Below, one piece after another: positions 7,052 to 16,266 of a stretch of 44,090 nt of DNA. This DNA is from a virus (lineage: Duplodnaviria; Heunggongvirae; Uroviricota; Caudoviricetes): the IMG/VR virus record IMGVR_UViG_3300045988_048025. One strand, written 5' to 3'. Within the stretch, counting starts at the first letter, position 1; every line of letters begins with the position of its first letter. The position numbers and the translations under genes are program-made. The notes under the pieces were generated by a model. It worked only from the letters and a program-made list of their open reading frames with translations. It was not told the DNA's origin and searched no databases.

Positions 7052-7756
7052 ATGAATCGTTTTTTACGTTATCCGTTCCAGGAAGAAGCTGGGGTAGAAG
7101 ATAAATCTGGTGGCGGTGACGCGCCGAAAATGTTCACAGCCGAAGAAGTTCAGGCGCTGATTGAGAAAGAAGTCGCCGGGCTTAAGGCCAATCAGGAAGC
7201 ATTGCTGGCGGAGAAGAAAGAAGCCGCTCGTAAAGCAAAAGAGGCCGAAGAAGAACGGCAGCGTGCCCACCAGGAGGCGTTAAAAGCCGCTGGTAAGATG
7301 GACGAGTTTGAAAAGACGATTCGTAGCCAGTATGACCCGGTGTTAGCCGAGAAAGATGGTCGCATCTCCAGAATGGCAGAGCGCATCCTCGGCAGCGAAC
7401 GTAAAGCGGTGTTAGGCTCTTTCGCGGGCGACTTTATCACCCCGGAAGCAGTAGACATTCTTGCGCCGTTCGTCAAGACTGAGTTTGAAGGCGATGATGT
7501 GGTTACTAAGTTTGTTGGCGCAGATGGCAACGTAATCACGACTGACCCGGAACAGTTCCGCAAATACCTGCGCGAACACAAAGCGTTTTCGCATTTGATT
7601 AAAGCAAATGCAGCTTCCGGCGGCGGGGCTTCCGGTAGCAAAGGCGGCGGGGCCGCACCAGCGTTTAAAGACATGAGTGAAGCGGAGCGTATCGCTCTGT
7701 ACGAATCGAACCCTGCCGAATTTGAACGGCAACTTAAAGCCCTGAGGAAAAAATAA
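7052..7756 (+). CDS. Scaffolding protein (putative)
   Basis: ATG 7052 with RBS cagggga; E/K/A-rich coiled-coil-like sequence; immediately precedes and overlaps the major capsid gene (TAATG). Confidence 0.55.
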   Translation: MNRFLRYPFQEEAGVEDKSGGGDAPKMFTAEEVQALIEKEVAGLKANQEALLAEKKEAARKAKEAEEERQRAHQEALKAAGKMDEFEKTIRSQYDPVLAEKDGRISRMAERILGSERKAVLGSFAGDFITPEAVDILAPFVKTEFEGDDVVTKFVGADGNVITTDPEQFRKYLREHKAFSHLIKANAASGGGASGSKGGGAAPAFKDMSEAERIALYESNPAEFERQLKALRKK

Positions 7757-8805
7757 TGGCAATTACTACTATCGGCGACATCGTAACCGGTAAAGAATCG
7801 GTCATTCTGTCTTACATGACAGAAGACCCGGTAGAAAAAACTGCGTTCTTCCAGTCTGGTATCCTTACCCCGACTCCGTATGCCGCTGCTATCGCTAACG
7901 GCCCGTCTAACAAAGCTGTTCTGCCGTACTGGAAAGCGATTGATACCTCTATCGAGCCGAACTACTCGAACGACGTATACCAGGACGTCGCTACCCCGCG
8001 TAACGTGCAAACCGGTGAGATGGACGTTCGCGTAGCCTACCTGAACGAAGGCTTTGGACAGGCTGACCTGACTGTTGAACTGACCAGCCAGCAGCCGCTG
8101 CGCTCCGTAGCGTCCCGTCTGGATAACTTCTGGCAGCGCCAGGCACAACGTCGTCTGATTGCTACCGCGCTCGGCCTGTACAACGACAACGTAGCCGCTG
8201 ACGATGATTACCACAAGCAGAATGACATGGTTGTAGACGTGTCTGCTTCTCTGGGCTTCGACTCCGGCGCGTTTATCGACGCTACCCAGACTATGGGCGA
8301 TGCGCTGATGGGCAACGGTGGTGAAGTGCTGGGTGCTATTGCTATGCACAGCTTCGTTTATGCGCAGGCACGTAAGCAGCAGCTTATCGACTTCATCCGT
8401 GACGCCGACAATAACACCATGTTCGCCACCTACCAGGGCTATCGCGTGATTGTTGACGACAGCATGACCGTAGTTGGCTCCGGCGTCAGCCGTAAGTTCA
8501 TCTCCATCATCTTCGGCAACGGCGCTATCGGTTACGGTGAAGGTTCTCCGTCCAACCCGCTGGAATACGAGCGCGAAGCATCTCGCGGCAACGGCGGTGG
8601 TGTTGAAACCCTGTGGACCCGCAAGACCTGGTTGCTACATCCGTTTGGTTACAGCTTCACCAGCGCGGTAATCACCGGTAACGGTACTGAGACTACCCCG
8701 CGCTCTGCTTCATGGCAGGACCTGGCGAACGCCTCCAACTGGAATCGTGTTGTTGACCGTAAGCACGTACCGATTGCCTTCCTGGTAACTGGTGTCGGTG
8801 CTTAA
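7756..8805 (+). CDS. Major capsid protein
   Basis: 349-aa ORF after the scaffold with strong RBS and highly optimised codon usage; followed by a strong terminator. Confidence 0.7.
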   Translation: MAITTIGDIVTGKESVILSYMTEDPVEKTAFFQSGILTPTPYAAAIANGPSNKAVLPYWKAIDTSIEPNYSNDVYQDVATPRNVQTGEMDVRVAYLNEGFGQADLTVELTSQQPLRSVASRLDNFWQRQAQRRLIATALGLYNDNVAADDDYHKQNDMVVDVSASLGFDSGAFIDATQTMGDALMGNGGEVLGAIAMHSFVYAQARKQQLIDFIRDADNNTMFATYQGYRVIVDDSMTVVGSGVSRKFISIIFGNGAIGYGEGSPSNPLEYEREASRGNGGGVETLWTRKTWLLHPFGYSFTSAVITGNGTETTPRSASWQDLANASNWNRVVDRKHVPIAFLVTGVGA

Positions 8806-8821
8806 GGTTAAGCTATAATAG

Positions 8822-8845
8822 AGAGGGGCTTCGGTCCCTCTTTTC
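8822..8845 (+). terminator. Rho-independent terminator after the major capsid gene
   Basis: agagggg...ccctct hairpin followed by TTTT. Confidence 0.6.
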
Positions 8846-8864
8846 ATTTACTAAGAGGTAAATT

Positions 8865-9170
8865 ATGGCCAAGACCGGAAAAGGCTTGCCGCGCAGCCTT
8901 CAGAATGTCGATTTCGGCGACTTTGATATCCCAGTCACGCCTGCTACTACCAGCGTAGTTGGTGGGGTTAAAAAGTCAGCTACTGTGACTGCACCTGCGG
9001 CCATTACCGCCGCCGCCGCCGCCGGGGCGCAGTCCGCTGCGGATCCGACTAAAGCCGAGTTCGATGCGCTTGTAGCGGAATACAACAAACTTCTAACTGA
9101 TGTTACCGCGCTGCGCACTACCGTAGCGAACCTGTTAACCGCGCTTAAAAACGCAGGAACTGTAAGCTAA
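8865..9170 (+). CDS. Hypothetical virion protein (Ala-rich, 101 aa)
   Basis: ORF with RBS aagaggt in the head gene block. Confidence 0.45.
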   Translation: MAKTGKGLPRSLQNVDFGDFDIPVTPATTSVVGGVKKSATVTAPAAITAAAAAGAQSAADPTKAEFDALVAEYNKLLTDVTALRTTVANLLTALKNAGTVS

Positions 9171-9182
9171 AGGAGCTTAAAA

Positions 9183-9530
9183 ATGGTTGATGTAATCAAG
9201 CGTCGTATTACCGGTGTTTCTGATCAAGACTCTGACGGTCAGGTTGAAATCGATATGGCAAATATCTCTCCAGCGTCTTTTTCTACCGCACTGAACGCTA
9301 CCACAGCAGTTACAGCCAGTCAGACTATGACACTGACCGTAGTTGTTACCGGCGGTCTGGCTCCGTACACCTACCAGTGGTACAAGGATAACAACGCTAT
9401 CGCCGGGGCAAACGCTGCTTCCTATGTGAAGGCGTCCACTACTACCGCAGATTCTGGTACGTATAAAGTGGTTGTTCACGATGTGTATGGTAATATTATC
9501 TCCAGCAGCACTGTAGCAACTGTGTCTTAA
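9183..9530 (+). CDS. Ig-like domain protein (putative head decoration)
   Basis: PYTYQWYKDNNAIAG...DSGTYKVVVHDVYGN resembles Ig-like/Big domains of phage decoration proteins. Confidence 0.5.
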   Translation: MVDVIKRRITGVSDQDSDGQVEIDMANISPASFSTALNATTAVTASQTMTLTVVVTGGLAPYTYQWYKDNNAIAGANAASYVKASTTTADSGTYKVVVHDVYGNIISSSTVATVS

Positions 9531-9566
9531 TACCACGGCCCTTCGGGGCCGTAATAAGGAAAGGTC

Positions 9567-9776
9567 ATGGTAGATAATTATGTAATCCGCGAAAAATACA
9601 CCCACGTTGACGTTGTTGATGGTCAGGTGATGCCTGTTCGCGGTGTTGATGGTCAGGTGATGCCTGTTCGCGGTGTGGTAGAAGCGGATGAACTGGTTGC
9701 GACTCAACCGGACAACGAAGAAGCGCACAACAACGGCGGTGGTACTAAGCGTCGTCGCCGTAAGTCAGAGGAATAA
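9567..9776 (+). CDS. Small protein with internal tandem duplication
   Basis: ORF with RBS aaggaaagg; contains DGQVMPVRGV twice; basic C-terminus RRRRK. Confidence 0.4.
   Translation: MVDNYVIREKYTHVDVVDGQVMPVRGVDGQVMPVRGVVEADELVATQPDNEEAHNNGGGTKRRRRKSEE
9618..9677 (+). repeat. 30-bp near-perfect tandem duplication inside a coding sequence
   Basis: gatggtcaggtgatgcctgttcgcggtgtt repeated, 29 of 30 identical. Confidence 0.85.
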
Positions 9777-9779
9777 TTT

Positions 9780-10292
9780 ATGCCGCTAATCGTGGAAACT
9801 GGGGTGATCGTCCCGAATGCCGACAGTTACATTAGTCTGGCTGACGCCCGCGCGTTAGCGGCTAATTATGGCCTTGAGCTGCCAGAAGACGATACCGCCG
9901 CGGAGGTGGCCTTGCGCAATGGTGCTACTTATGTCGGGCTGGCAGAGCCGCAGATGTGTGGTCGTCGCGTATCCGCTGAACAGTCTCTTGCATACCCTCG
10001 CGCTGGTGTAACGTTGAATGGTTTCCCTGTCGAGAACAATGTCATTCCGAAACAGGTAATTCTTGCGCAGGTAATCGCCGCTGTTACATATGGTGCCGGT
10101 ACGGAAGTGCGGGCTAACTCTGATGGGCGCTCCGTGCAGACTGAGCGCGTAGAAGGCGCAGTGACCGTGACCTACTTCAACAACGGCAGCAGTGGCGCTA
10201 CAACCGCGATTACAGCTGCGGACGACGCCTTACGCCCGTTATTGTGTGGTGGTCTTAACAATGGCTTCTCGTTTAACGTGTACCGGGGTTAA
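9780..10292 (+). CDS. Head-tail connector / head completion protein (putative)
   Basis: Position between head and tail genes; 170 aa. Confidence 0.4.
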   Translation: MPLIVETGVIVPNADSYISLADARALAANYGLELPEDDTAAEVALRNGATYVGLAEPQMCGRRVSAEQSLAYPRAGVTLNGFPVENNVIPKQVILAQVIAAVTYGAGTEVRANSDGRSVQTERVEGAVTVTYFNNGSSGATTAITAADDALRPLLCGGLNNGFSFNVYRG

Positions 10293-10294
10293 AA

Positions 10295-10909
10295 ATGGCG
10301 AAGACTAAAACAGAGATGTTCACCCTTATCGGTGCGAACCTCCCCGATAGCACCACCGGACTTATTACCCCAGAGAAGCTACGCGAGGTAATGACGCAGA
10401 TGGCTGACTCGCCTATTTACGCCACTCCTGGCGTTAAAGAGGTCGAAGTTCTCCGCGCCGCGTCTACCGTAACACAAGCGCCTACCGCGGTAGATACGGC
10501 GTTGCAGGTATCGTTCGGCTCTGCTCAGGGTAGTGCATCTGACCCGGTAATGATTAATGCTGCGGGGCTGGTTACGTTCAACACCGCGGGTAACTACGCC
10601 GTTCGCATCAAGTTACAGGCAGGCCGCACTGGTGCTAGCGGAACCTCTATCTTGCTATCGCGCATTCTGGTTAATGGCGCACAATACGGCTCGCCAGCCG
10701 CTACGAAACTGGTAAGCGCGGATACTACAATTCCTATTGAGTCTCGTGTTGCTATTAACCCGACCGCAGGCCAGACGTTTGCCGTTCAGATTATGCGGGA
10801 TAGCGCCGGGAGTAACTTCGGCGGCGTATACCCACAAGCCGCTACCGTAACTGCATGGGGTACAGCGCCGTCCGCGCTATTGGTTATTTCGAGACTGGAG
10901 GCCGACTGA
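10295..10909 (+). CDS. Hypothetical structural protein
   Basis: ORF in the structural operon; 204 aa. Confidence 0.4.
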   Translation: MAKTKTEMFTLIGANLPDSTTGLITPEKLREVMTQMADSPIYATPGVKEVEVLRAASTVTQAPTAVDTALQVSFGSAQGSASDPVMINAAGLVTFNTAGNYAVRIKLQAGRTGASGTSILLSRILVNGAQYGSPAATKLVSADTTIPIESRVAINPTAGQTFAVQIMRDSAGSNFGGVYPQAATVTAWGTAPSALLVISRLEAD

Positions 10910-11003
10910 TGAATAAGTTCACATGTGGTGTAGTTTTTGGTTTTCTTACCGCGGTAGCCTTGCACAGTTACGGTGTTCTTTTGACGCTGCAAGAGGTGCT
11001 AAA

Positions 11004-11363
11004 ATGAGCACCGCTTTCAGTAAACGTATGCAAGGCGTCGGTACACGCCTGCTAACCAAATTCGGTAGCACGGTATCTCTTGTTCGCGCTGGCTCGAAAG
11101 TGTGGGATGAAGTTCTCGGTGAGTATGTCCGGTCCGCGGATGAAGTGCTGCCGTTGAAAGCTGTTCCGGTTCCTGTTAACGCAGGACTGGTGAACGGTAC
11201 TACGATTCAGGCGGGCGACATGATTGCTAAAGCGGATTGCAGTGTCGTCCCGAAAATGGAAGACAAGGTGCAATTCGGCGGCGAGCAATGGTCTGTCGTA
11301 GCTATCGAGAAGAAGATGGTTAACAATGATGTCGTGGCCTACTTTATTCAGGTGAGAAAATGA
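11004..11363 (+). CDS. Head-tail joining protein (putative)
   Basis: ATG 11004 with RBS aagaggtg (track ORF from 10923); structural operon context. Confidence 0.4.
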   Translation: MSTAFSKRMQGVGTRLLTKFGSTVSLVRAGSKVWDEVLGEYVRSADEVLPLKAVPVPVNAGLVNGTTIQAGDMIAKADCSVVPKMEDKVQFGGEQWSVVAIEKKMVNNDVVAYFIQVRK

Positions 11364-11755
11364 GTTTCGCGCTTGATGTCTCTAAGTTCGTGGAAAAGGC
11401 GAAGAAGAATCCTGAGAAGGTGATGCGTCAGGTGTCTATCAAGCTGTTTTCCGCTATCATAAAGGCTAGTCCAGTGGACACCGGCCGCTTTCGTATGAAC
11501 TGGATGGCGTCTGGTGGTACTTCTGCTTCCGGGATTACGGACGCCACCGATAAATCAGGAAACACGGCAACCGGAAACGCTACAAGTTTCGTACTGAAAG
11601 CCGCAGACTGGCACGAGTTCACGCTGACAAATAATCTGCCGTATGCACAACGGCTGGAGTATGGCTGGTCGCAGCAAGCGCCACAAGGATTTGTCCGGGT
11701 GAATGTGTCCCGCTTCCAGCAACTCATTAACGAAGAAGCCAACAAGGTGAAATGA
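11360..11755 (+). CDS. Tail component, HK97 gp10-like (putative)
   Basis: Motifs VDTGRFRMNW and NNLPYAQRLEYG resemble the HK97 gp10 family. Confidence 0.5.
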   Translation: MSFALDVSKFVEKAKKNPEKVMRQVSIKLFSAIIKASPVDTGRFRMNWMASGGTSASGITDATDKSGNTATGNATSFVLKAADWHEFTLTNNLPYAQRLEYGWSQQAPQGFVRVNVSRFQQLINEEANKVK

Positions 11756-12168
11756 TGGGCTACTTTGAGGACTTAACCAAAGCATTTGATGTGCCGCTGG
11801 TAGCCTTCGGAACCGCCAACGGCATCAAAGTCGCGCTTGAAAACATCGACGCGCCGACGTCAACCGATACACCGTATCTGGCGAGTTACATGTTACTTGC
11901 GGATACAGAACAGGCAGATTTGTTCTTCACAGAACAACGCTCAGGTGTTTATCAGGTCGACATTAACTACGCATCGGTGAAAGGTAGCGCGCCAATCAAT
12001 AAAATGGCAGACTTACTTAACACGGCGTTTAAAGCAGGTAAGTCATTTTCGCGTAACGACATCTGCGCCGAGGTTCAATCGGTTAGCCTGGGGCCGCTGA
12101 TTGTAGAAAACGGATGGGCCAAACGACCATTGTCAATTAACTTTATTGCATTCACCAAGAGGCTGTGA
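11752..12168 (+). CDS. Tail terminator / tail completion protein (putative)
   Basis: Position immediately upstream of the major tail gene; overlapping starts and stops. Confidence 0.4.
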   Translation: MMGYFEDLTKAFDVPLVAFGTANGIKVALENIDAPTSTDTPYLASYMLLADTEQADLFFTEQRSGVYQVDINYASVKGSAPINKMADLLNTAFKAGKSFSRNDICAEVQSVSLGPLIVENGWAKRPLSINFIAFTKRL

Positions 12169-13337
12169 ATATGGCTACAACTCCTTTTAAGGGCGCGAAT
12201 ACCGCGCAATTCTATGTGGCGGAAGTGACCCCTGGCGTAACACCGACTAACCCGGTCTGGTCGCCGTTGCGTAACACTGGCGGTGTTCCTGCGGTAACCC
12301 GCGATGCGCTGACTTCCAACGAACTCGACGGCAGCAGAGAAACCACATCCATCCGCACCGGTAACAAACAGGTTAGCGGGGAGTACGCCATCGAACTTAG
12401 CTCACGTAGCCAGGATGATTTCCTTGCGGGTGCTATGACTTCTACGTGGCAGGACGGGGTAGAGATTACGGGTGCTGAAATTACGGTCGCTCCAGCAGGT
12501 AAAACATTCACCCGCGCTGCCGGTAGCTTCATTACTGACGGTGTAGAGGTTGGCGACCTGATTGCATTCACCGACTTAACCGGCGACAACGCAAAACCGT
12601 TTATCGTGACCGCGGTTTCTGCTCTTGTAGTTACGGGTGCGGGTATCCAGCACACGCTGACAGCAGAGACTGTAACCACCGACGCTAAAACAGGCGATAA
12701 ATTGGAAACCGGTAACGCATGTAAGACGTTCTCCATCCTGACATGGTTCAAAGGACAGTGCAGGAACCATGACGCGTACATGCTGACCAAAGGCGTGGAA
12801 ATCTCCGGTTTCACCATTGAACAGGCCGTAAACGCGATGGTGACAGGCAGCTTCCCGTTCATCGGTCTGAGTCAGGAAATTCTTTCTGCACTGCCAGCAG
12901 GTTCTGATTTCTCTCAGGTGACGTTTACCGATGAGCCGTTCTCATCCGTAGATGTGTCTGTGTTCGACGGTTCTACGCCGTTGCGTTGCGATACTCTGAC
13001 CATCACCAACGACAACGGTGCTTCCGCGCAGTTCGAACTCGGCAACAGTAGTGTTGCGTTCGTGGAACGTGGCCGCGCAGCTAACACATTCTCCATCTCT
13101 GGTAAGCTGTACGACATGGCGATGATTCAGAAGTTTATCAACGAACAGCAGGTAGAGATTAACTCTATTCTGGCGGGGGTAAACGGGGCTATGTCTTTCA
13201 GCCTGAAACGCGCAGAGCTTACGGCGGTTACGCCAGAAATATCTGGCCCGGAATCAATTACGCAAAGCATAGAAGGACAGTCCACAGGCAATCAATATCA
13301 ATCTTCTATTGTAATACAGCGTATTAGCTACGCGTAA
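12165..13337 (+). CDS. Major tail (tube) protein (putative)
   Basis: 390-aa ORF upstream of the chaperone and tape measure genes; followed by a strong terminator. Confidence 0.55.
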   Translation: MNMATTPFKGANTAQFYVAEVTPGVTPTNPVWSPLRNTGGVPAVTRDALTSNELDGSRETTSIRTGNKQVSGEYAIELSSRSQDDFLAGAMTSTWQDGVEITGAEITVAPAGKTFTRAAGSFITDGVEVGDLIAFTDLTGDNAKPFIVTAVSALVVTGAGIQHTLTAETVTTDAKTGDKLETGNACKTFSILTWFKGQCRNHDAYMLTKGVEISGFTIEQAVNAMVTGSFPFIGLSQEILSALPAGSDFSQVTFTDEPFSSVDVSVFDGSTPLRCDTLTITNDNGASAQFELGNSSVAFVERGRAANTFSISGKLYDMAMIQKFINEQQVEINSILAGVNGAMSFSLKRAELTAVTPEISGPESITQSIEGQSTGNQYQSSIVIQRISYA

Positions 13338-13341
13338 GGAA

Positions 13342-13361
13342 AAGGCCCCGAAAGGGGCCTT
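13342..13361. terminator. Hairpin terminator between the major tail gene and the convergent HNH gene
   Basis: aaggcccc-gaaa-ggggcctt. Confidence 0.6.
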
Positions 13362-13362
13362 A

Positions 13363-13857
13363 CTATTTACCGTGGTTCTCGTGGAACCCTAAATCTCTTT
13401 CAGCAACTCTCCTCGCGGCAACTGCATCTAGTAGCGTTTTAAAGCACCCGATGTGTGTTTTTACGTTATTGTTGAATATCTGTGCGTACCACAACCTTTC
13501 TTTCGCGTTCCAGTAAACCCCGGTTACTCCTGATTTATTATTACGCTGTTTTGACATATTTTTATGGTTTTCCGCATTGGACTTTTTAGCTAAGTTAAGC
13601 GGTCTATTGTTTATTCGGTCATGGTCTAGATGGCCTATTTGATCTGACGAGGTTAGCTTATCGTTAGGATTGTTTAAGTCCCAAGCTATACGGTGCGCCG
13701 CGTGCCATTTACCTCGGAAAAATATCCTTCTATATCCGTCTCGCTGGACAGTACCCGCTTCCTCTCCAGCCTTAGCCCTCCCGGACCGGGTTACTCTGTT
13801 AAATATCCTTCCTGAAATTAAGTCGTATATGAAAAATTCATTCCAGTCCATAATCAT
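13363..13857 (-). CDS. HNH homing endonuclease with AP2 DNA-binding domain
   Basis: HNH region GYRRIFFRGKWHAAHRIAWDL...IGHLDHDRINNRPLNL...NHKN; AP2-like SGVTGVYWNAKERLWYAQIFNNNVKTHIGCFKTLLDA. Confidence 0.7.
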   Translation of the reverse strand: MIMDWNEFFIYDLISGRIFNRVTRSGRAKAGEEAGTVQRDGYRRIFFRGKWHAAHRIAWDLNNPNDKLTSSDQIGHLDHDRINNRPLNLAKKSNAENHKNMSKQRNNKSGVTGVYWNAKERLWYAQIFNNNVKTHIGCFKTLLDAVAARRVAERDLGFHENHGK

Positions 13858-13893
13858 CTCCTGTTGCGATAAGACCCCTTTCGGGGCCTTTTC

Positions 13894-14124
13894 TTACTCA
13901 TCAATGTTACCCCTGTACTCCCGTAACTTCTCCAGGCTTTCAATTGCTTCCGCTAAGTCTGTTCCTGTGTCTTTGTGTCCGCGAAGGCCCATACACAATA
14001 GCTTCTTCAATGCGTGCTGTAACGCTGGGTCCCGTATGTCGAAGGCGCGTAGCACGTCGTAAACGTCAACCGTCATAGTGCTGCCGTGAATGTTTGTCAT
14101 TGTGCGGTTGTATTTATTTGTCAC
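13894..14124 (-). CDS. Hypothetical protein
   Basis: ORF in the inverted island; no domain recognised. Confidence 0.4.
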   Translation of the reverse strand: MTNKYNRTMTNIHGSTMTVDVYDVLRAFDIRDPALQHALKKLLCMGLRGHKDTGTDLAEAIESLEKLREYRGNIDE

Positions 14125-14314
14125 TGTTAACTCTCTTAAATCGGGCTATGCCTGACTCGTTAATGTTGCCTATTTCAAAGAAGCTGCGATATTTAGGCGA
14201 ATACATTCTTACGTCGCCGTTCTCTAGGGTGACCCCTTCATATACCGCACCTACTTCGAATCCATTTTTCTCCGCGTACGGACTCACATCGGTACATTCA
14301 TACATATCTTTCAT
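14114..14314 (-). CDS. Hypothetical protein
   Basis: ORF in the inverted island; overlaps neighbours at start and stop. Confidence 0.4.
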   Translation of the reverse strand: MKDMYECTDVSPYAEKNGFEVGAVYEGVTLENGDVRMYSPKYRSFFEIGNINESGIARFKRVNSDK

Positions 14315-15441
14315 CCCAGCATCTCCGGTGAAATAGTTAAACGTGCGACCTCGCCATATTCGGCGCTATAAGTAATTACATTTGCACTACGGCCCGACAT
14401 CCATCCGCCGCGCGAGGCGTAGGCGTCTTTAGCCGCTAAGGTGCGGTGTTGCTCAACAATCATGTTACGGCTTTCTACAATCTTCTGGTGGTGCAGATGG
14501 CCTACGTGGGCGTAGCTGTAAACACTCTCGCCGAACGCTTTACGGAACTTGGCAATCATTACCGGTTCGATAGCGTCGAATCGCGCCTTATGCCCGTGGT
14601 GAAAGAACAGCGTAGTTTTGCCGTGTTGGACCATCTTGTAAACATCCGGCGACGTATCGACGAACACACGCGGCTCATTGTCGTACAGCGTACTAAACAT
14701 CTCAGCTAACCAAATCATTCCGCTTTCGTCGTGGTTCCCTTGCACGATAAGCAAGCGAACAGATTTATGCTTAACCAGCGCCATGTCAACAACACGGCGT
14801 ACCATACGAATCATGTATCGGACCAGTTTCTGATAACGAGTGTCCGCATCAAGAACATGACCACTCGCTGGCGTAACCGCATCCAGACTATCGAAGTGCG
14901 CGAAGTCACCCAGCAGGTTAATAACCCCAGTTCCTGCATCTGGTGCTTTCTGAAACGCCGCATCGAACCATCGGGAGAACAGGTCTTCCGCAATCTTCAT
15001 ATCCCAGTCGTCGCCGCTCTCGTCAGCCCAGGCCAGCATACCAAGATGGAAATCAGATACCGTGTACAGATTGAGTAGTTTATCATCGCGTTTGGCTCGA
15101 GTCGCTTTAACCGGCGCAACTGGCGTAATCTCCGACTTCATTCCTTCGATCACGGCTTTCATTAACTCGACCTGACGTTCGGCGTCGGTGTCTGTCTTAA
15201 CCCATTGCAACTTAGTGTTGCCGAACTCGTCCACCAGTGACGACGTTCCTTTAATTTTGTAGCCGTCCGGGACAAGATGGCTAACGTCACGACCGTGACC
15301 TACGCCTTTCTTCGCCAGCTTCGCTTTACGGATACGAATAACTCGGTCTGAGATGCCGTATTTACGGGATATGTCGATAATCTTTGTTCCGGCGTTCAAT
15401 TCTTCCTGTAACTGTTCGTCGGTTATTTTCTTCCGGGCCAT
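14311..15441 (-). CDS. N-terminal HTH domain fused to calcineurin-like metallophosphoesterase
   Basis: HTH-like ISRKYGISDRVIRIRKAKL; phosphoesterase motifs SDFHLG, LLGDFAHFD, GNHDE, HHGH, GHLHH. Confidence 0.6.
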   Translation of the reverse strand: MARKKITDEQLQEELNAGTKIIDISRKYGISDRVIRIRKAKLAKKGVGHGRDVSHLVPDGYKIKGTSSLVDEFGNTKLQWVKTDTDAERQVELMKAVIEGMKSEITPVAPVKATRAKRDDKLLNLYTVSDFHLGMLAWADESGDDWDMKIAEDLFSRWFDAAFQKAPDAGTGVINLLGDFAHFDSLDAVTPASGHVLDADTRYQKLVRYMIRMVRRVVDMALVKHKSVRLLIVQGNHDESGMIWLAEMFSTLYDNEPRVFVDTSPDVYKMVQHGKTTLFFHHGHKARFDAIEPVMIAKFRKAFGESVYSYAHVGHLHHQKIVESRNMIVEQHRTLAAKDAYASRGGWMSGRSANVITYSAEYGEVARLTISPEMLG

Positions 15442-15479
15442 GCTTACTTCCTCGTGTTTAGGATTTGTCCTATACTAGC

Positions 15480-15671
15480 TCACTTCTCTTTGACATTCGA
15501 GTTGCAAGCCCAGATTAAAATAAATACCCACGGCAGCAGAACCCAGCCGAGAAACAGATTAGCCATGAATATCGCCAGTTTCGCTTTATGTCCGCGCATA
15601 TGGGCCACTAAAAACGGGATAAAATAAACTAAAACGATAATGATTAAGAAGAACATAGTAATACCTGTCAT
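15480..15671 (-). CDS. Small membrane protein (two predicted TM helices)
   Basis: ATG at 15671 with RBS aggagc; MTGITMFFLIIIVLVYFIPFLVAH...LFLGWVLLPWVFILIWA. Track ORF extends to 15809. Confidence 0.45.
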   Translation of the reverse strand: MTGITMFFLIIIVLVYFIPFLVAHMRGHKAKLAIFMANLFLGWVLLPWVFILIWACNSNVKEK

Positions 15672-15712
15672 GGTGTAGCTCCTGTTTGAGTTAACATTGT
15701 TGGTGTAAGTGA

Positions 15713-15741
15713 ATAGTATCCTATTATGTTGGGGTGCGCAA
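15713..15741 (-). promoter_or_regulatory. Sigma70-like promoter for the inverted island (-35 TTGCGC, 17 bp, -10 TACTAT) with operator-like motif
   Basis: Same architecture as 6126..6154 and the same leader ACACCAACAA. Confidence 0.4.
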
Positions 15742-15849
15742 GTAATGTGATAGAATAATTTTGCGCCTAGTGTCGCACACGAAAAGCGGGTGGTTCCCGT
15801 CTGGCGCATTTACCATTAACCTGTAACCTCTTAACCAAAGGATTAAAGA

Positions 15850-16266
15850 ATGAAACTTTCTGATTTTTATTACGAAGCTGAGGCAGAAAAAGGCGCCCGT
15901 ATGCCGATACCACTGAAAGACGGCACCGATTCAGGGGAGTGGCTGAACGTTGTTTCACCGGAGGCAGACGTTGCTGTTAAAGCTATGAGGGCGTTTACAC
16001 TTGCGTACCGCGCGGCATTAGGTAAATTGAAACCGCTTCGCGATAAATGCGAGGAACTGAAAGATTTCTCGGAATACAACATCAAGATGGAAGACGCCGC
16101 AACGGACCTTAACCGCCAGTTAGCGCTTGAACTGGTTAACGGTTGGAGTCTCGACGATGAATTTAATAAAGAGAACCTGAATACTCTTTTCTCACAATAT
16201 AAACGACTCGCTGAACACGTTGTTGTTTTCCACAATGAACAGCTTCACCAATTGCAGGAAAAGTAG
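15850..16266 (+). CDS. Tail assembly chaperone (G-like)
   Basis: 138-aa acidic ORF immediately upstream of the tape measure gene, with a downstream overlapping -1-frame ORF. Confidence 0.55.
   Translation: MKLSDFYYEAEAEKGARMPIPLKDGTDSGEWLNVVSPEADVAVKAMRAFTLAYRAALGKLKPLRDKCEELKDFSEYNIKMEDAATDLNRQLALELVNGWSLDDEFNKENLNTLFSQYKRLAEHVVVFHNEQLHQLQEK

Noticed and set aside
7192-8349. 385-aa ORF on the - strand antisense to the scaffold and major capsid genes
   Set aside because: It is a codon-aligned shadow of strongly coding + strand genes: Arg/Ser/Val-rich, low-complexity translation, no RBS, no motifs.
8811-8820. TATAATAG sequence after the major capsid gene as a promoter
   Set aside because: It lies within the terminator region, has no -35 element and lacks the full operator-like motif; probably fortuitous.
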